A stretch of 64,000 nt of DNA from assembly GCA_017458675.1 (NCBI GenBank), contig JAFTAM010000176.1, positions 2,282 to 66,281 on the forward strand, in the 5' to 3' direction. Under the pieces are notes generated by a model. It saw only the letters and a list, made by a program, of their open reading frames with translations. It had not been told where the DNA came from and did no database searches. The position numbers and the translations under genes were made by a program. This stretch comes from a bacterium (GTDB lineage: Bacteria; Vulcanimicrobiota; Xenobia; Xenobiales; Xenobiaceae). Positions 8,614 through 17,877 of the stretch are shown piece after piece; the first letter of the stretch is position 1, and each line of letters opens with the position of its first letter.

Positions 8614-10248
8614 TCAGTCATTAGGAATAGGGGGAATGCTTCTTCTAACCGCAGACTGATTATCGGCGGCAGGCATCTCGGCGGTACGAAAAGCCGACCT
8701 GGGCTTCGGCGCCTCAGAAATCTCAGGCATATAATCAGCCTTGCCGTCAGCGCCCGACAATTTTGCGCTCCCTTCAGCCGCCGATCCGCCGTCGGTTTCC
8801 TTTAAGGGAAGCGAAAAATCGGGCTCAGGATGTACCGCCGCGCCTTCAGCTCCGCCCTCAGCCTCTGCGGCTTCCAAATCGGCCTTCGTGATTCTGCTTG
8901 TATCCGAAGCGGCGGCCTGAAGCTTATCATCCCGGCTTTCCGCCGCGGCCGAAATATCCGCCGAGGCGCCGCCTTTCTCCAAAACGGCACGCTCAGAAGC
9001 GCCTGCGCCGCCGTTTTCGTCAGAATCTCCGCACTCTTCGTCCTCGGCGGCCTCTTCACCGTCGGCGTATTCCCCGTCGTCGGCGTACTCTTCGTCGTCG
9101 GCGGCCTCTTCGTCCTCAGCGTGTTCTTCGTCCTCGGCGTACTCTTCGTCCTCGGCGTACTCCTCATCCTCGGCGTACTCTTCGTCCTCGGCGTACTCTT
9201 CGTCGTCGGCGGCCTCTTCGTCCTCAGCGTGTTCTTCGTCCTCGGCGTACTCTTCGTCCTCGGCGGCCTCTTCGTCCTCGGCGTACTCTTCGTCCTCGGC
9301 GTACTCTTCGTCCTCGGCGTATTCTTCGTCCTCGGCGGCCTCTTCGTCCTCGGAGGCCTCTTCGTCCTCGGCGTATTCTTCGTCCTCGGCGTACACTTCG
9401 TCCTCGGCGCACTCTTCGTCCTCGGCCTCTTCGTCGGCGGATGATTCTGGGGCGGCGTCCCTCTCATACCCTGGGAAAACAGGCTCGGGAGCGATACTGT
9501 GCGGCTCGCCATCCTCCGCTTCGCCTCTCTCGGCAGGCAAAACTGAAAGCGATTCCCGCAGCTCTCTTTCAACCGCAAGCGCCTCTTCGCTCAAAGTAAC
9601 CTGCTCCTGCAGATCGTTGACCTGATCGCGCAGAGACCAGATTTCCTCCTGATCGTCGGCATTTTTATCGGATAAAGCCTGACGCAGCGCCTCAAAATTG
9701 ACGCTGATTTCTTCCCAGCGTCCCCGCCAGTAGGCGGCCTCGTCCCTCTGACCGTCAAGCTCCTCGCGAAGCTCCTTAATTTCCGCCTGCAGCTCCTGAC
9801 AACGCTCCGTTAACTGACTGAGCCGCTCTTTATAAACGCCGTTTTCCGAAGAAAGAGCCGCAATTTTATCCGTCAGTCCGACAGAAATCTCCGCCGGAGG
9901 CAGCGCCGCATTTACAGGCTCGGGAGCGTTCAGCAGAGGTTCTGGACAGGGCTGCGCCTGGACCGCAGCTTCTGTCTCCGCAGAGCAGGACGCCTGAGCC
10001 TCACCGCCGGCAGGCAGAGGGCCGCTTAAAGCGGGCGTCTCCGCGCTGACTGAGCTTTCCCGGCGGCGGCGCTTGAGCATGAGCTTGGGAAGCTCGCTTT
10101 TATAAATTTCCCAATGCTTGCCGCGTCCGTCAATACAAATAATGCCCCGGATCTCTCCGGAATTTATGCGGCGGTAAATAGTAGGCAGGGAGACCCCCGT
10201 CAGTTCCACCGCCTCCTGAATAGATATGCGTTCACGCTCGCCGGCCAC
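8614..10248 (-). CDS. DNA-binding HTH (excisionase/MerR-like) protein with coiled-coil region and long polyacidic EDEEYA repeat tail
   Basis: GTG start with GAGGA RBS. The N-terminus ISIQEAVELTGVSLPTIYRRINSGEI is an HTH_17-like helix-turn-helix. A heptad-rich segment follows (LSQLTERCQELQAEIKELREELD...). Then about 20 copies of EDEE[YAH]A (Asp/Glu greater than 60 percent over ~130 aa). Confidence 0.65.
   Translation of the reverse strand: MAGERERISIQEAVELTGVSLPTIYRRINSGEIRGIICIDGRGKHWEIYKSELPKLMLKRRRRESSVSAETPALSGPLPAGGEAQASCSAETEAAVQAQPCPEPLLNAPEPVNAALPPAEISVGLTDKIAALSSENGVYKERLSQLTERCQELQAEIKELREELDGQRDEAAYWRGRWEEISVNFEALRQALSDKNADDQEEIWSLRDQVNDLQEQVTLSEEALAVERELRESLSVLPAERGEAEDGEPHSIAPEPVFPGYERDAAPESSADEEAEDEECAEDEVYAEDEEYAEDEEASEDEEAAEDEEYAEDEEYAEDEEYAEDEEAAEDEEYAEDEEHAEDEEAADDEEYAEDEEYAEDEEYAEDEEYAEDEEHAEDEEAADDEEYADDGEYADGEEAAEDEECGDSDENGGAGASERAVLEKGGASADISAAAESRDDKLQAAASDTSRITKADLEAAEAEGGAEGAAVHPEPDFSLPLKETDGGSAAEGSAKLSGADGKADYMPEISEAPKPRSAFRTAEMPAADNQSAVRRSIPPIPND
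9040..9420. repeat. 18-nt period tandem repeat (coding, minus-strand EDEEYA units)
   Basis: Direct reading shows ggcgtactcttcgtcctc-like units repeated about 20 times. This generates the Arg-rich and Val/Leu-rich artefact ORFs 8802-9578, 8830-9444, 8898-9599 and 9224-9412. Confidence 0.85.
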
Positions 10249-10376
10249 TGCAGTTAATCCTCACAACCGTAATTATTAAGTCGGAATTATATTTCAATTT
10301 GTTCCGCTTCCGTTATTCTATCAATTTAATTATCCTTTTACAACCTGGCTAAAGATAAATAAACAACTGACGAAAG

Positions 10377-11291
10377 CTACAGATTAACGGAAACGTCTCC
10401 CATAGTTATAATTCGTTCCGAAAAGGCGTGGCTGCCGTCCTCCCGCCATTCCGGAACCTGCAGCTGCAAAGCCCCGTTTTCGGCTATTCCCTTGGTAAAA
10501 CCGTACACGGTGTTCTGATCATTAAAGCAGAACTTTTTTCCGCTCTCCCAGAGCGCCATAATCTCCGCCAGTTCTTCGGAGCGGAACTCCATGCGTCCGG
10601 CCTCTCCGTCGCTTTCCGCCGCTTCAGGTCTGATATTTATCTTGATAAATTTGTCTCTGTGCAGGCAGCGCCCGTACCATTCCGAGGCCAGAGCGACAAA
10701 ACCGCGGGAGGAAAGCTCGGAGCAAATCCCATAAAGGCTCTCTCCTACCGCTGTAAATACCTCCTCCGGCTCCAGCAGCAGTCCTGCAGCTTCAGCAAAA
10801 GACGAAGCCAGAAGGCGCAGATTATCGTCCGCCTCTATCCTGCGAAGATTGAGACCGACGCCGACTATAACTCCCGACGGCCTGCCGCCCTCCGTCGCCA
10901 GTTCGCAGAGAATGCCGCCGACCTTACCGTCCTCAGCCCAAATGTCGTTGGGCCATTTCAGGCTCAAGGGAGAGACGTTCTCCGTTCCGCCGCGGAGCCT
11001 GTAAAGCCTGTCCATGGCCCTTATGACCGCCAGCCCCGCCGTCAGAGGCAGAACGCTGAGCTGCTCCGGCCTCAGCAGGCCGGCTTTAAGATCTATCCAA
11101 TAGCTGGCCGTCAGACCGCCTCGGCAGCTGTGCCAGGAGCGGCTTCCCCGCCCGCGTCCGGCCGTCTGAACTTCAGCCATCAGACTGTAGCCGGGAGAGA
11201 CGGACCCTGCGGCCGCCAGACGCTTTAAATAACTGTTGGTGGAATCCGTTTCCGCTACCGTATGGAAATGAGGTTTAACGTTATTATACAT
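10377..11291 (-). CDS. birA: Biotin--[acetyl-CoA-carboxylase] ligase, group I (no N-terminal HTH)
   Basis: AAGGA RBS. Has ETDSTN, QTAGRGRGSRSW (the BirA GRGRRGR biotin-binding loop) and KWPNDIW...GGILCE motifs. Begins directly at the catalytic domain. Divergent from the biotin-dependent decarboxylase operon. Confidence 0.8.
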   Translation of the reverse strand: MYNNVKPHFHTVAETDSTNSYLKRLAAAGSVSPGYSLMAEVQTAGRGRGSRSWHSCRGGLTASYWIDLKAGLLRPEQLSVLPLTAGLAVIRAMDRLYRLRGGTENVSPLSLKWPNDIWAEDGKVGGILCELATEGGRPSGVIVGVGLNLRRIEADDNLRLLASSFAEAAGLLLEPEEVFTAVGESLYGICSELSSRGFVALASEWYGRCLHRDKFIKINIRPEAAESDGEAGRMEFRSEELAEIMALWESGKKFCFNDQNTVYGFTKGIAENGALQLQVPEWREDGSHAFSERIITMGDVSVNL

Positions 11292-11472
11292 TTTAAAAAT
11301 CCTTATGCCTAAAAATAAACTGCAGTTATATACGTATGAAAAATCCTAAAATAATTCCCTTCCCTCCCCCGCGCTGCAGAGCAGGATTTCCTTATTACCC
11401 GGAAAATCCCTCACGGAATGTCTTTGAAAGGAAGCTGAACGGGAGAATTCTTCCGTTCACTTTTGTGTATTT

Positions 11473-11808
11473 ATGATTACTCAAGGTCTAATCATAACAG
11501 CCGTAGGCATGATCGGGGTGTTTTTATTCCTGATAGTTCTGGTATATGTCACTGACTATTCCAGCAAAATCATAGCAAAACACTTCCCGGACAAGCCCGC
11601 TCCGACGCCTGCCAAGAAGGCTGCGGCCCCGGCTAAGCCGGCTCCGGCGCCTGCCGTTCCAAAACCGGCTGCCAATATGGACAAAATTGCGGCCGTTATT
11701 GCCATCGCTCAGCGCGAGCTTCAGCTGCCGACCCCAACGGTAAGCGGAGATAAGGTGGCGGCGGTCATTGCCATCGCTCAGCGCGAGATGGGAATACCCG
11801 TCAAATAA
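11473..11808 (+). CDS. oadG: Oxaloacetate decarboxylase gamma subunit-like (single TM helix plus Ala/Pro-rich linker)
   Basis: N-terminal TM helix (LIITAVGMIGVFLFLIVLVYV). Ala/Pro-rich linker (PAPTPAKKAAAPAKPAPAPAVPKPA). C-terminal duplicated AAVIAIAQRE motif. Position upstream of oadA. Weak RBS. Confidence 0.55.
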   Translation: MITQGLIITAVGMIGVFLFLIVLVYVTDYSSKIIAKHFPDKPAPTPAKKAAAPAKPAPAPAVPKPAANMDKIAAVIAIAQRELQLPTPTVSGDKVAAVIAIAQREMGIPVK

Positions 11809-11868
11809 AAGGCTGTCCTCTGTTATTCTTCCGTATTTTTTTTGTAATGTAATCCCCAAGGAGCAGTT

Positions 11869-13779
11869 ATGGGTAAAAAAGTTATCGATTTCATGTGCAC
11901 CGCCTTCCGCGACGGTTTTCAGTCCTGTTACGGCGCGCGCGTTTTAAACCGAGATTTCCTTCCGGCTATGGAAGCCTGCAAGGACGCGGGTATTAAGTGG
12001 TTTGAGCACGGCGGCGGCGCCATCTTCCAGTCAAAAGTATTTTACTGCAACGAGAATCCTTTTGACGCCATGGACGAAATCCGCACGCGCATGGGTCCGG
12101 ACGTCAACCTGCAGACCTTGGCCCGAGGCGTAAACGTGGTCGGCTTAGTCAGCCAGAACAGCGAATTTATCAAAATGCACGCTCAGCTCTTCAAAAAGCA
12201 CGGCGTGACCACCATCCGCAACTTTGACGCTCTCAACGACGTCAACAACTTAATCTACAGCGGAAAATGCATCGTCGACGCCGGTCTGAAGCATCAGTGC
12301 ACCATAACTCTTATGGGTCTGCCTCCGGGGCTTTCCGGCGCTCACACTCCCGATTTCTACGAGGGCATACTCCGCAAAATTTTAGCGGCCGGAATTAAAT
12401 TCGACAGCCTCTGCTTCAAGGATGCCAGCGGCACCACCCCGCCCCGCATCGTCCACGAGACCGTCAAGCGCGCCCGCCAGATCTTAGGATCCGACGCTTA
12501 CATCGATTTCCACTCCCACTGCACGGCCGGCGGCGATATGACCTGCTACATGGCCGCCATTGAAGCCGGCGCCAACGCCGTAGACCTTTCTATCCAGCCC
12601 ATGTCCGGCGGCACCTCTCAGCCCGACGTTCTGACTATGTGGCACAACCTGCGCGACAGCGAATACACTCTGGATATCGACGTCAAGAAGATGCGCGAGG
12701 CCGAGGCCATCAGCCAGGAGTGCATGGAAAAATACATGCTGCCTCCCGAATCCCGCACCGTCATGCCCATCATCCCCTGGAGTCCCGTGCCCGGCGGCGC
12801 TCTGACCGCCAACACCCAGATGATGCGCGACAACAACGAGCTCCATCTCTTCCCCAAACTGGTCGACGCTATGAGCGAATGCGTGGCCAAGGGCGGCTTC
12901 GGAACCTCGGTTACGCCGGTCTCCCAGTTCTACATCCAGCAGGCCTACAGCAACGTCAAGAACGGTCCCTGGGCCAAAATTACCCAAGGCTACGGCAAGA
13001 TGGTGCTGGGCTACTTTGGACGCACTCCCCATAAGCCCGATCCGGAAATTCAGAAGCTGGCCTCCGAGCAGCTCAATCTTCCCATTACCGATAAGACCGT
13101 ACTGGAGATCAACGACGCCGACGAGAGCAAAAAGAGCGAAACCATTAAGAAGAAGCTCATCGAGAACTGCATTCCCGTCACCGACGAAAACCTCTTTATC
13201 GTCTCCGCCTGCGAAGAAAAGGGCATCTTCTTCCTCAAAGGCAAGGGCCACGTCAACGTGCGCTATAAGGAGACCGCCGCTCCCAAAGCCGCCGCTCCCG
13301 CTCCGGCTCCCGCGGCAGCTCCCGCCCCCGTCAGCATGGCGAAAGTTCCCAACAGCCTGCAGATCACCCTGGAAGGCGTACCCTACAACGTCACCGTCAA
13401 TAACGGCCGCGTCATAGTCAACGGCAAGGATTACGGATACACCGTAACCGCCTCCGGCGCTCCGGCTCCGGCCGCCGCTCCTGCGCCCGCCGCCGCGCCC
13501 GCTCCCGCCGCTGCTCCCGCGCCTGCTCCTGCAGCCGCGCCGGCAGCCGCTCCCGCCTCAGCCGGCGGTACGGCGGTCACCTCTCCCCTTCCCGGCACCG
13601 TGCTGCGCATCGTCGCTCCCGCCGGAACGGCCGTCAAGAACAATGAGACCATAATCATTGTGGAAGCCATGAAGATGGAAATGGAGATCAAATCCACCAA
13701 AGCCGGAACCGTCCGCTCCATCGAGGTCGAGCCCGGCGATCAGATCGCTGCCGAAGCCGTAGTAGCTTACATTGAGTGA
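11869..13779 (+). CDS. oadA: Oxaloacetate decarboxylase alpha subunit / pyruvate-carboxylase-subunit-B type carboxyltransferase with C-terminal biotinyl domain
   Basis: AAGGAG RBS. Has [15 protein letters not shown] (HxHxTxG), PGGALTAN and VTPVSQ motifs of the OadA/PycB carboxyltransferase TIM barrel. AAPAPAPAA linkers. Biotin attachment motif EAMKMEMEI near the C-terminus. Confidence 0.85.
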   Translation: MGKKVIDFMCTAFRDGFQSCYGARVLNRDFLPAMEACKDAGIKWFEHGGGAIFQSKVFYCNENPFDAMDEIRTRMGPDVNLQTLARGVNVVGLVSQNSEFIKMHAQLFKKHGVTTIRNFDALNDVNNLIYSGKCIVDAGLKHQCTITLMGLPPGLSGAHTPDFYEGILRKILAAGIKFDSLCFKDASGTTPPRIVHETVKRARQILGSDAYIDFHSHCTAGGDMTCYMAAIEAGANAVDLSIQPMSGGTSQPDVLTMWHNLRDSEYTLDIDVKKMREAEAISQECMEKYMLPPESRTVMPIIPWSPVPGGALTANTQMMRDNNELHLFPKLVDAMSECVAKGGFGTSVTPVSQFYIQQAYSNVKNGPWAKITQGYGKMVLGYFGRTPHKPDPEIQKLASEQLNLPITDKTVLEINDADESKKSETIKKKLIENCIPVTDENLFIVSACEEKGIFFLKGKGHVNVRYKETAAPKAAAPAPAPAAAPAPVSMAKVPNSLQITLEGVPYNVTVNNGRVIVNGKDYGYTVTASGAPAPAAAPAPAAAPAPAAAPAPAPAAAPAAAPASAGGTAVTSPLPGTVLRIVAPAGTAVKNNETIIIVEAMKMEMEIKSTKAGTVRSIEVEPGDQIAAEAVVAYIE

Positions 13780-13786
13780 GGTAAAA

Positions 13787-15331
13787 ATGTCTGAACATAA
13801 ATCCGGCCGCTCTTATATGCGCAGCCTGTGGCTGAACCTGCTCTTCGGCTTGGTTTTGGCTTTTGCTTTTCAGACTCCGCTTTGGGCCGCTCCTTCGGAT
13901 AATCCCGAAGCTCCCCTAACTAATCAGGACGCCCGGCCGGCCGCTTCCGCTCAAGCAGATACGGACGGCTCCGTTTCGGCTCAATCCGAGCCGCGCAGGC
14001 CTTCGGCCCGGCCCTCCCGCCGCCACAGGCCCAGAAACATGAGCGGAGCGCCCTCTCAGGTGAGGCGCGGCGCCCGTCCCGAGCATCAGAGAAGAGACAG
14101 AAAGCAGCTGCACGACTCTCACCGCCGAGCCGAAAGAGATCACGCCGCTTCCACGGCCAAAGAGGTCGGCTCCTTCTCGGAAACGATGAGCGTACTGTGG
14201 AAATCGACCGGCCTTTCGGCCTTCTGCACGGGAGACGGCTACAAAAACCTGATTATGATCGGCGTCAGTCTGGTGCTTATCTATCTGGCCATAGCCAAGG
14301 GCTTTGAGCCTCTGCTGCTCCTGCCCATCGGCATAGGCGGCCTGCTCTCCAATATTCCCAACGCGGGAATCGCCGAAGAGGGCGGCTTCCTATACTACAT
14401 TTACGAGTTCGGCATCGACAAGGGCATCTTCCCTCTGCTGATCTTCATGGGCGTAGGCGCAATGACCGACTTCGGCCCCCTGATCGCCAACCCGCGGACC
14501 GCTCTGCTTGGCGGCGCCGCTCAGTTCGGCATCTTCTTCTCCCTGATAGGCGCTTTGGTGCTGTCTGAGTACATCCCCGGCATAAACTTCAACCTGCAGG
14601 ACGCCGCCAGCATCGGCATCATCGGCGGCGCCGACGGTCCCACGGCCATCTTCCTGACCAGCCGTCTATCCCCGCGCCTGCTGGGTTCCATAGCCGTGGC
14701 CGCCTACTCGTACATGGCTCTGGTTCCCATCATCCAGCCTCCCATCATGAAGGCCCTGACCACCGAAGAAGAGCGCAATATCGTCATGAAGCAGCTGCGC
14801 CCGGTCTCCAAGACCGAAAAGATCATCTTCCCCATTACGGTGATCTTGCTGTGCGCTCTGCTGCTGCCCTCGGCCGCTCCTCTGATCGGCTGCCTGATGT
14901 TCGGCAACCTGGCCCGCGAATGCGGCGCGGTCAACCGCCTCTCCGATACCATGCAGAACGCTCTGTGCAACATCGTCACCATTCTGCTGGGTACGACCGT
15001 AGGTTCCAAGCTGGCCGCCGACAAGTTCCTGACCCCCGAGACCCTAGGCATCCTGCTTCTGGGCCTGGTGGCCTTCTGCGTAGGCACCGCCGCGGGCGTG
15101 CTTCTGGCTAAGCTGATGAACAAGTTTACCAAAGACCCGATCAACCCGCTGATCGGTGCCGCCGGCGTTTCCGCCGTTCCCATGGCGGCCCGCGTGGTCA
15201 ACGGCGTGGGTCTGGAGACCAACCCCCGCAACTTCCTGCTCATGCACGCTATGGGCCCCAACGTCTCCGGCGTTATCGGCTCGGCCGTAGCGGCAGGTAT
15301 TCTGCTGGCCATGCTGGGCGGCGGCTTCTGA
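13787..15331 (+). CDS. oadB: Sodium-ion-translocating decarboxylase beta subunit (OadB/GcdB/MmdB family), with an unusual ~130-aa N-terminal extension
   Basis: The core from ~14186 (MSVLWKS...[28 protein letters not shown], ...[15 protein letters not shown]) matches beta-subunit signatures. The frame is open back to the ATG at 13787 (GAGG-type RBS, 8 nt after the oadA stop). That extension encodes a signal/TM-like helix plus a basic disordered stretch. The true start (13787 vs 14186) is uncertain. Confidence 0.75.
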   Translation: MSEHKSGRSYMRSLWLNLLFGLVLAFAFQTPLWAAPSDNPEAPLTNQDARPAASAQADTDGSVSAQSEPRRPSARPSRRHRPRNMSGAPSQVRRGARPEHQRRDRKQLHDSHRRAERDHAASTAKEVGSFSETMSVLWKSTGLSAFCTGDGYKNLIMIGVSLVLIYLAIAKGFEPLLLLPIGIGGLLSNIPNAGIAEEGGFLYYIYEFGIDKGIFPLLIFMGVGAMTDFGPLIANPRTALLGGAAQFGIFFSLIGALVLSEYIPGINFNLQDAASIGIIGGADGPTAIFLTSRLSPRLLGSIAVAAYSYMALVPIIQPPIMKALTTEEERNIVMKQLRPVSKTEKIIFPITVILLCALLLPSAAPLIGCLMFGNLARECGAVNRLSDTMQNALCNIVTILLGTTVGSKLAADKFLTPETLGILLLGLVAFCVGTAAGVLLAKLMNKFTKDPINPLIGAAGVSAVPMAARVVNGVGLETNPRNFLLMHAMGPNVSGVIGSAVAAGILLAMLGGGF

Positions 15332-15358
15332 CAGCCTGAGCTGCCCTAGAGTCAAAAA

Positions 15359-15393
15359 ATCCGCCCCGATAACTTTCGGGACGGATTTTTTTT
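15359..15393 (+). terminator. Rho-independent terminator (A-run before, T-run after; possibly bidirectional)
   Basis: ATCCGCCCCGA-loop-TCGGGACGGAT followed by TTTTTTTT, 28 nt after the oadB stop. Confidence 0.75.
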
Positions 15394-15494
15394 GCGGACG
15401 GTTCAAGCAGCCGTTACAGGCCTCTTGCCTGATGTTCCGGCTTTCTATTGCAATTACGCCGCCAGTTTGTCATGTTAAGTTAAGAATCTTAAAA

Positions 15495-15625
15495 ACAAAG
15501 ATCCTTCGCCTCACGGCTCAGGATGACAAAACGTCTGCCTTTGAAAACTCCGCTCGCCATTACGTCGCCGCTTTGTCATTCTGAACTTCCTGTCATTCTG
15601 AGCGCAGCGAAGAATCTATGTTCTT
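15495..15625. repeat. Core-unit cluster (GGCTCAGGATGACA; TGTCATTCTGAAC; TGTCATTCTGAGCGCAGCGAAGAATCTATG)
   Basis: Read directly at 15519-15535 and 15577-15620. Lies just after the oadB terminator. Confidence 0.8.
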
Positions 15626-15701
15626 CAGTGCTTGGGAGCGTTCTTCATCCAGACCTGAACCGAAAGCTCTGCTCAGCCGAACTATATATATTCAGCCAGC
15701 C

Positions 15702-16457
15702 TTACGGCCTATATTCAGGCTTCTGCAGCCCTTTCGCGCTCAAAACAACGCGCGCGGGTTTGTTCTTTATCCCCTCTGCGTTCAGGAATATCGACGAGAG
15801 CTTCGGCAGATACTCAGCGTAAGCTTTGGATTCGACGTACCTTTGATAGGCCGCCTCGTCTCGGAAAATTTCCATTGTGTAAATAATATTAGGCGCGCGG
15901 TGATCCGCCGTCACGAATATTCCCAGCACGCCTTCGTCGTCCCTAACTGCGCGGACGGCCTCTTCTTTGACAGCCTTCTGATACTCGGCCAACCGTTCGG
16001 GCCTTACCTCATAGCGATACATATAAACCGCGCTGCCCTCGCCTTCCGCCTTTTGTTCAAAAACGACAGCGTCGGCTTCAATAATCTCCAGATTTTTCAG
16101 CAGAGGCAGCCGCCTGGCGCGGTATTCCTGAAAAGCTTCGCTGGAACAGTGAATGCGATAAGCTTCAAAGCTTTCGTAGATTTCAAGCAAGCGCATAACG
16201 TCCGGGTTATCTTCTTCCACGCCGCTGTAGAGCGCGTAGGTTCCCGCTTCCTTCGCCGTCTGCGCGCCCACGGTCTGAGCGGCAATTTCCGCCATTTCCT
16301 GCATAGAACCCGGCGCCGACTCTATGACGGCCCAATGGACCATCGGCATATTTCCTTCCGGCGTGCGAATCGGCTGCGCCGTCGAGGCGCTCGCGCTGAT
16401 CATGATTGCGCCGCCCGCCAACAGCGCGGCCAGTTTTTTCGCAAGCTTTTTATTCAT
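15702..16457 (-). CDS. Secreted protein with two tandem ABM (antibiotic-biosynthesis-monooxygenase/Dabb-like) domains
   Basis: Signal peptide (KKLAALLAGGAIMISASASTAQ). Two ~95-aa repeats each carry the E.Y.S.EA...H..S...F pattern (LEIYESFEAYRIHCSSEAFQEY; MEIFRDEAAYQRYVESKAYAEY). Confidence 0.5.
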   Translation of the reverse strand: MNKKLAKKLAALLAGGAIMISASASTAQPIRTPEGNMPMVHWAVIESAPGSMQEMAEIAAQTVGAQTAKEAGTYALYSGVEEDNPDVMRLLEIYESFEAYRIHCSSEAFQEYRARRLPLLKNLEIIEADAVVFEQKAEGEGSAVYMYRYEVRPERLAEYQKAVKEEAVRAVRDDEGVLGIFVTADHRAPNIIYTMEIFRDEAAYQRYVESKAYAEYLPKLSSIFLNAEGIKNKPARVVLSAKGLQKPEYRP

Positions 16458-16487
16458 TGCAGCTCTCTCCCTTACGCCATAGCCTAG

Positions 16488-16678
16488 CCGATATCATAAA
16501 GTTAAGGCAAAATATTGCTAACAAAGGTACATTAGCTTGTTTTACCAATGTTTGTAAATGTTTCTCCTGTCATTCTGAGCGCAGCGAAGAATCTATCAAT
16601 TACGTTCTGCGTGTTTTCGTAATGCCGGTTTTTATTAAGCATGGATGCTTAACTTCGCTTTTGCTTAGCTTACCGACA
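16488..16678 (-). repeat. Dispersed intergenic repeat, copy E (shorter, internal deletion)
   Basis: Reverse complement of CTGTCGGTAAGCTAAGCAAAAGCGAAGTTAAGCATCC...GATAGATTCTTCGCTGCGCTCAGAATGACAGG...TTGCCTTAACTTTATGATATCGG. Ends 30 nt upstream of the minus-strand start of 15702-16457. Confidence 0.8.
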
Positions 16679-16698
16679 GAAACACTAAGCAATCGCAT

Positions 16699-17001
16699 TT
16701 ACTTTCCTTCATAATCAGAAAAGTTCCCAGCGATCTTTCCGGCCTTAAAAGCGCGGATCTCATAATCGGCCAGACCGCCCTCATAATAGACGTCCTCTTT
16801 GAGAATCTCCTCAACGGCTTCGCGGGTAGGCGCAGCGGTAATCATAATGCCGGCCGTCTCTTTATCGGTATAAGGCCCCACCAGCAGGAAATTCCCCTTC
16901 TCAAAATGGCGGGTAAACCATTCGATGTGCTTTTTAAAGAGCTCCTCGCCGCGGCCGGCGGGAATTTTCTCCGGTTTCAACGTCTGATTTATAATAAACA
17001 T
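16699..17001 (-). CDS. YciI-like family protein
   Basis: 100 aa. Has HIEWFTRHFEKGNFLLVGP...AAPTREAVEEILKEDVYYEGGLADYE, matching the YCII dimeric alpha/beta barrel signature. Confidence 0.6.
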   Translation of the reverse strand: MFIINQTLKPEKIPAGRGEELFKKHIEWFTRHFEKGNFLLVGPYTDKETAGIMITAAPTREAVEEILKEDVYYEGGLADYEIRAFKAGKIAGNFSDYEGK

Positions 17002-17097
17002 GCCGCTTTCTCTCCTTATTGCAGATGTTTGCAGCCGTCGGCATACAGAACTTACTTATTCCCGGTTCTGCGTCTTGCAGAATTCAAATATATCAGC

Positions 17098-17706
17098 TTA
17101 CCGCCCGCCGCTTTCAGCCCTGAAAGCTTTTTTCATTTCCAAGCCTGCCCGGAAGGCGTCTCCGGCCTTTTTGCCGATAGTCAGATACTGCCCCTGTTCT
17201 TCGTCATAGATGAGCGGATTGAGCTTATCCAGCAAAACGCGCGCTTTATCGTTCAAAATACTTTCATCGGCCAAAATCCGTTTCACCTGGCCGGTTAACT
17301 GCATATGCGAGCCGACGGTAACGTTATGAACCAGCTCGCATTCCAGCGACAGACGAAGCTCGTTGATAATCGGCGCATGAACAGTGCAGGCCTCGCTGAC
17401 CGTAAAACCGACGTTTTTCAGCTTGTCCGCGCTGTAGCCGGTCTCTGAGCCGAGGTAGTCGGCCTCGCTGACCTGATCTGCGCCGGGAAAGCCCAAAACG
17501 AACGCCTTGCTCTGCAAAATACTCTGCAGCGTTTTCCGCTTCTGTGTGGCGTTGATAGCAACGGTTACGCAAGGCGGAACATGGCTGCTGACCATGTAAA
17601 ACGCCAAAGTGCAGGCGTCGGCCTTTCCGCTGCCGTCATAGGCGGATACGATAACGGTCTCCGTAGGAGCGACCAAAGCCCTCAGCTTCAATTCTTCTTT
17701 TGCCAT
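17098..17706 (-). CDS. Flavin reductase-like (FMN-binding split-barrel) family protein
   Basis: Segment TETVIVSAYDGSGKADACTLAFYMVSSHVPPCVTVAIN is typical of the flavin reductase-like domain. Confidence 0.6.
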   Translation of the reverse strand: MAKEELKLRALVAPTETVIVSAYDGSGKADACTLAFYMVSSHVPPCVTVAINATQKRKTLQSILQSKAFVLGFPGADQVSEADYLGSETGYSADKLKNVGFTVSEACTVHAPIINELRLSLECELVHNVTVGSHMQLTGQVKRILADESILNDKARVLLDKLNPLIYDEEQGQYLTIGKKAGDAFRAGLEMKKAFRAESGGR

Positions 17707-17877
17707 AATAATCTCCCTGTACTCAGATTATAAACTTGCAGCAGCGTTCCGCTCCGCAGCTGCGCTTCGCTCACAAAGCTCGCTCCAGAGCAGAACAGGT
17801 ACGCCGTAAGCCTGTTTTTGCACAAAATATACTTGCGCTGATTCCTGCAGGCCTGACTAAACCGATACAGCAATTTT

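Noticed and set aside
9040-9420. Possible CRISPR-like array
   Set aside because: The units are perfect direct repeats with no intervening unique spacers. They are in-frame within a protein-coding gene with an 18-nt period. This is not a CRISPR.
8802-9599. Arg-rich (PRTK/RRR) and Val/Leu/Gly-rich ORFs 8802-9578, 8830-9444, 8898-9599 and 9224-9412
   Set aside because: These are alternate-frame and antisense readings of the 18-nt coding repeat that specifies the EDEEYA tail. Their low-complexity periodicity mirrors the DNA repeat rather than indicating real genes.
12484-13417. ORFs antisense or out-of-frame within oadA (12484-13251, 12639-13034, 13016-13417, 13431-13721)
   Set aside because: The oadA frame shows a complete set of carboxyltransferase and biotinyl-domain motifs. 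The overlapping frames are Ala/Pro/Arg-rich artefacts of the GCN-rich linker sequence.
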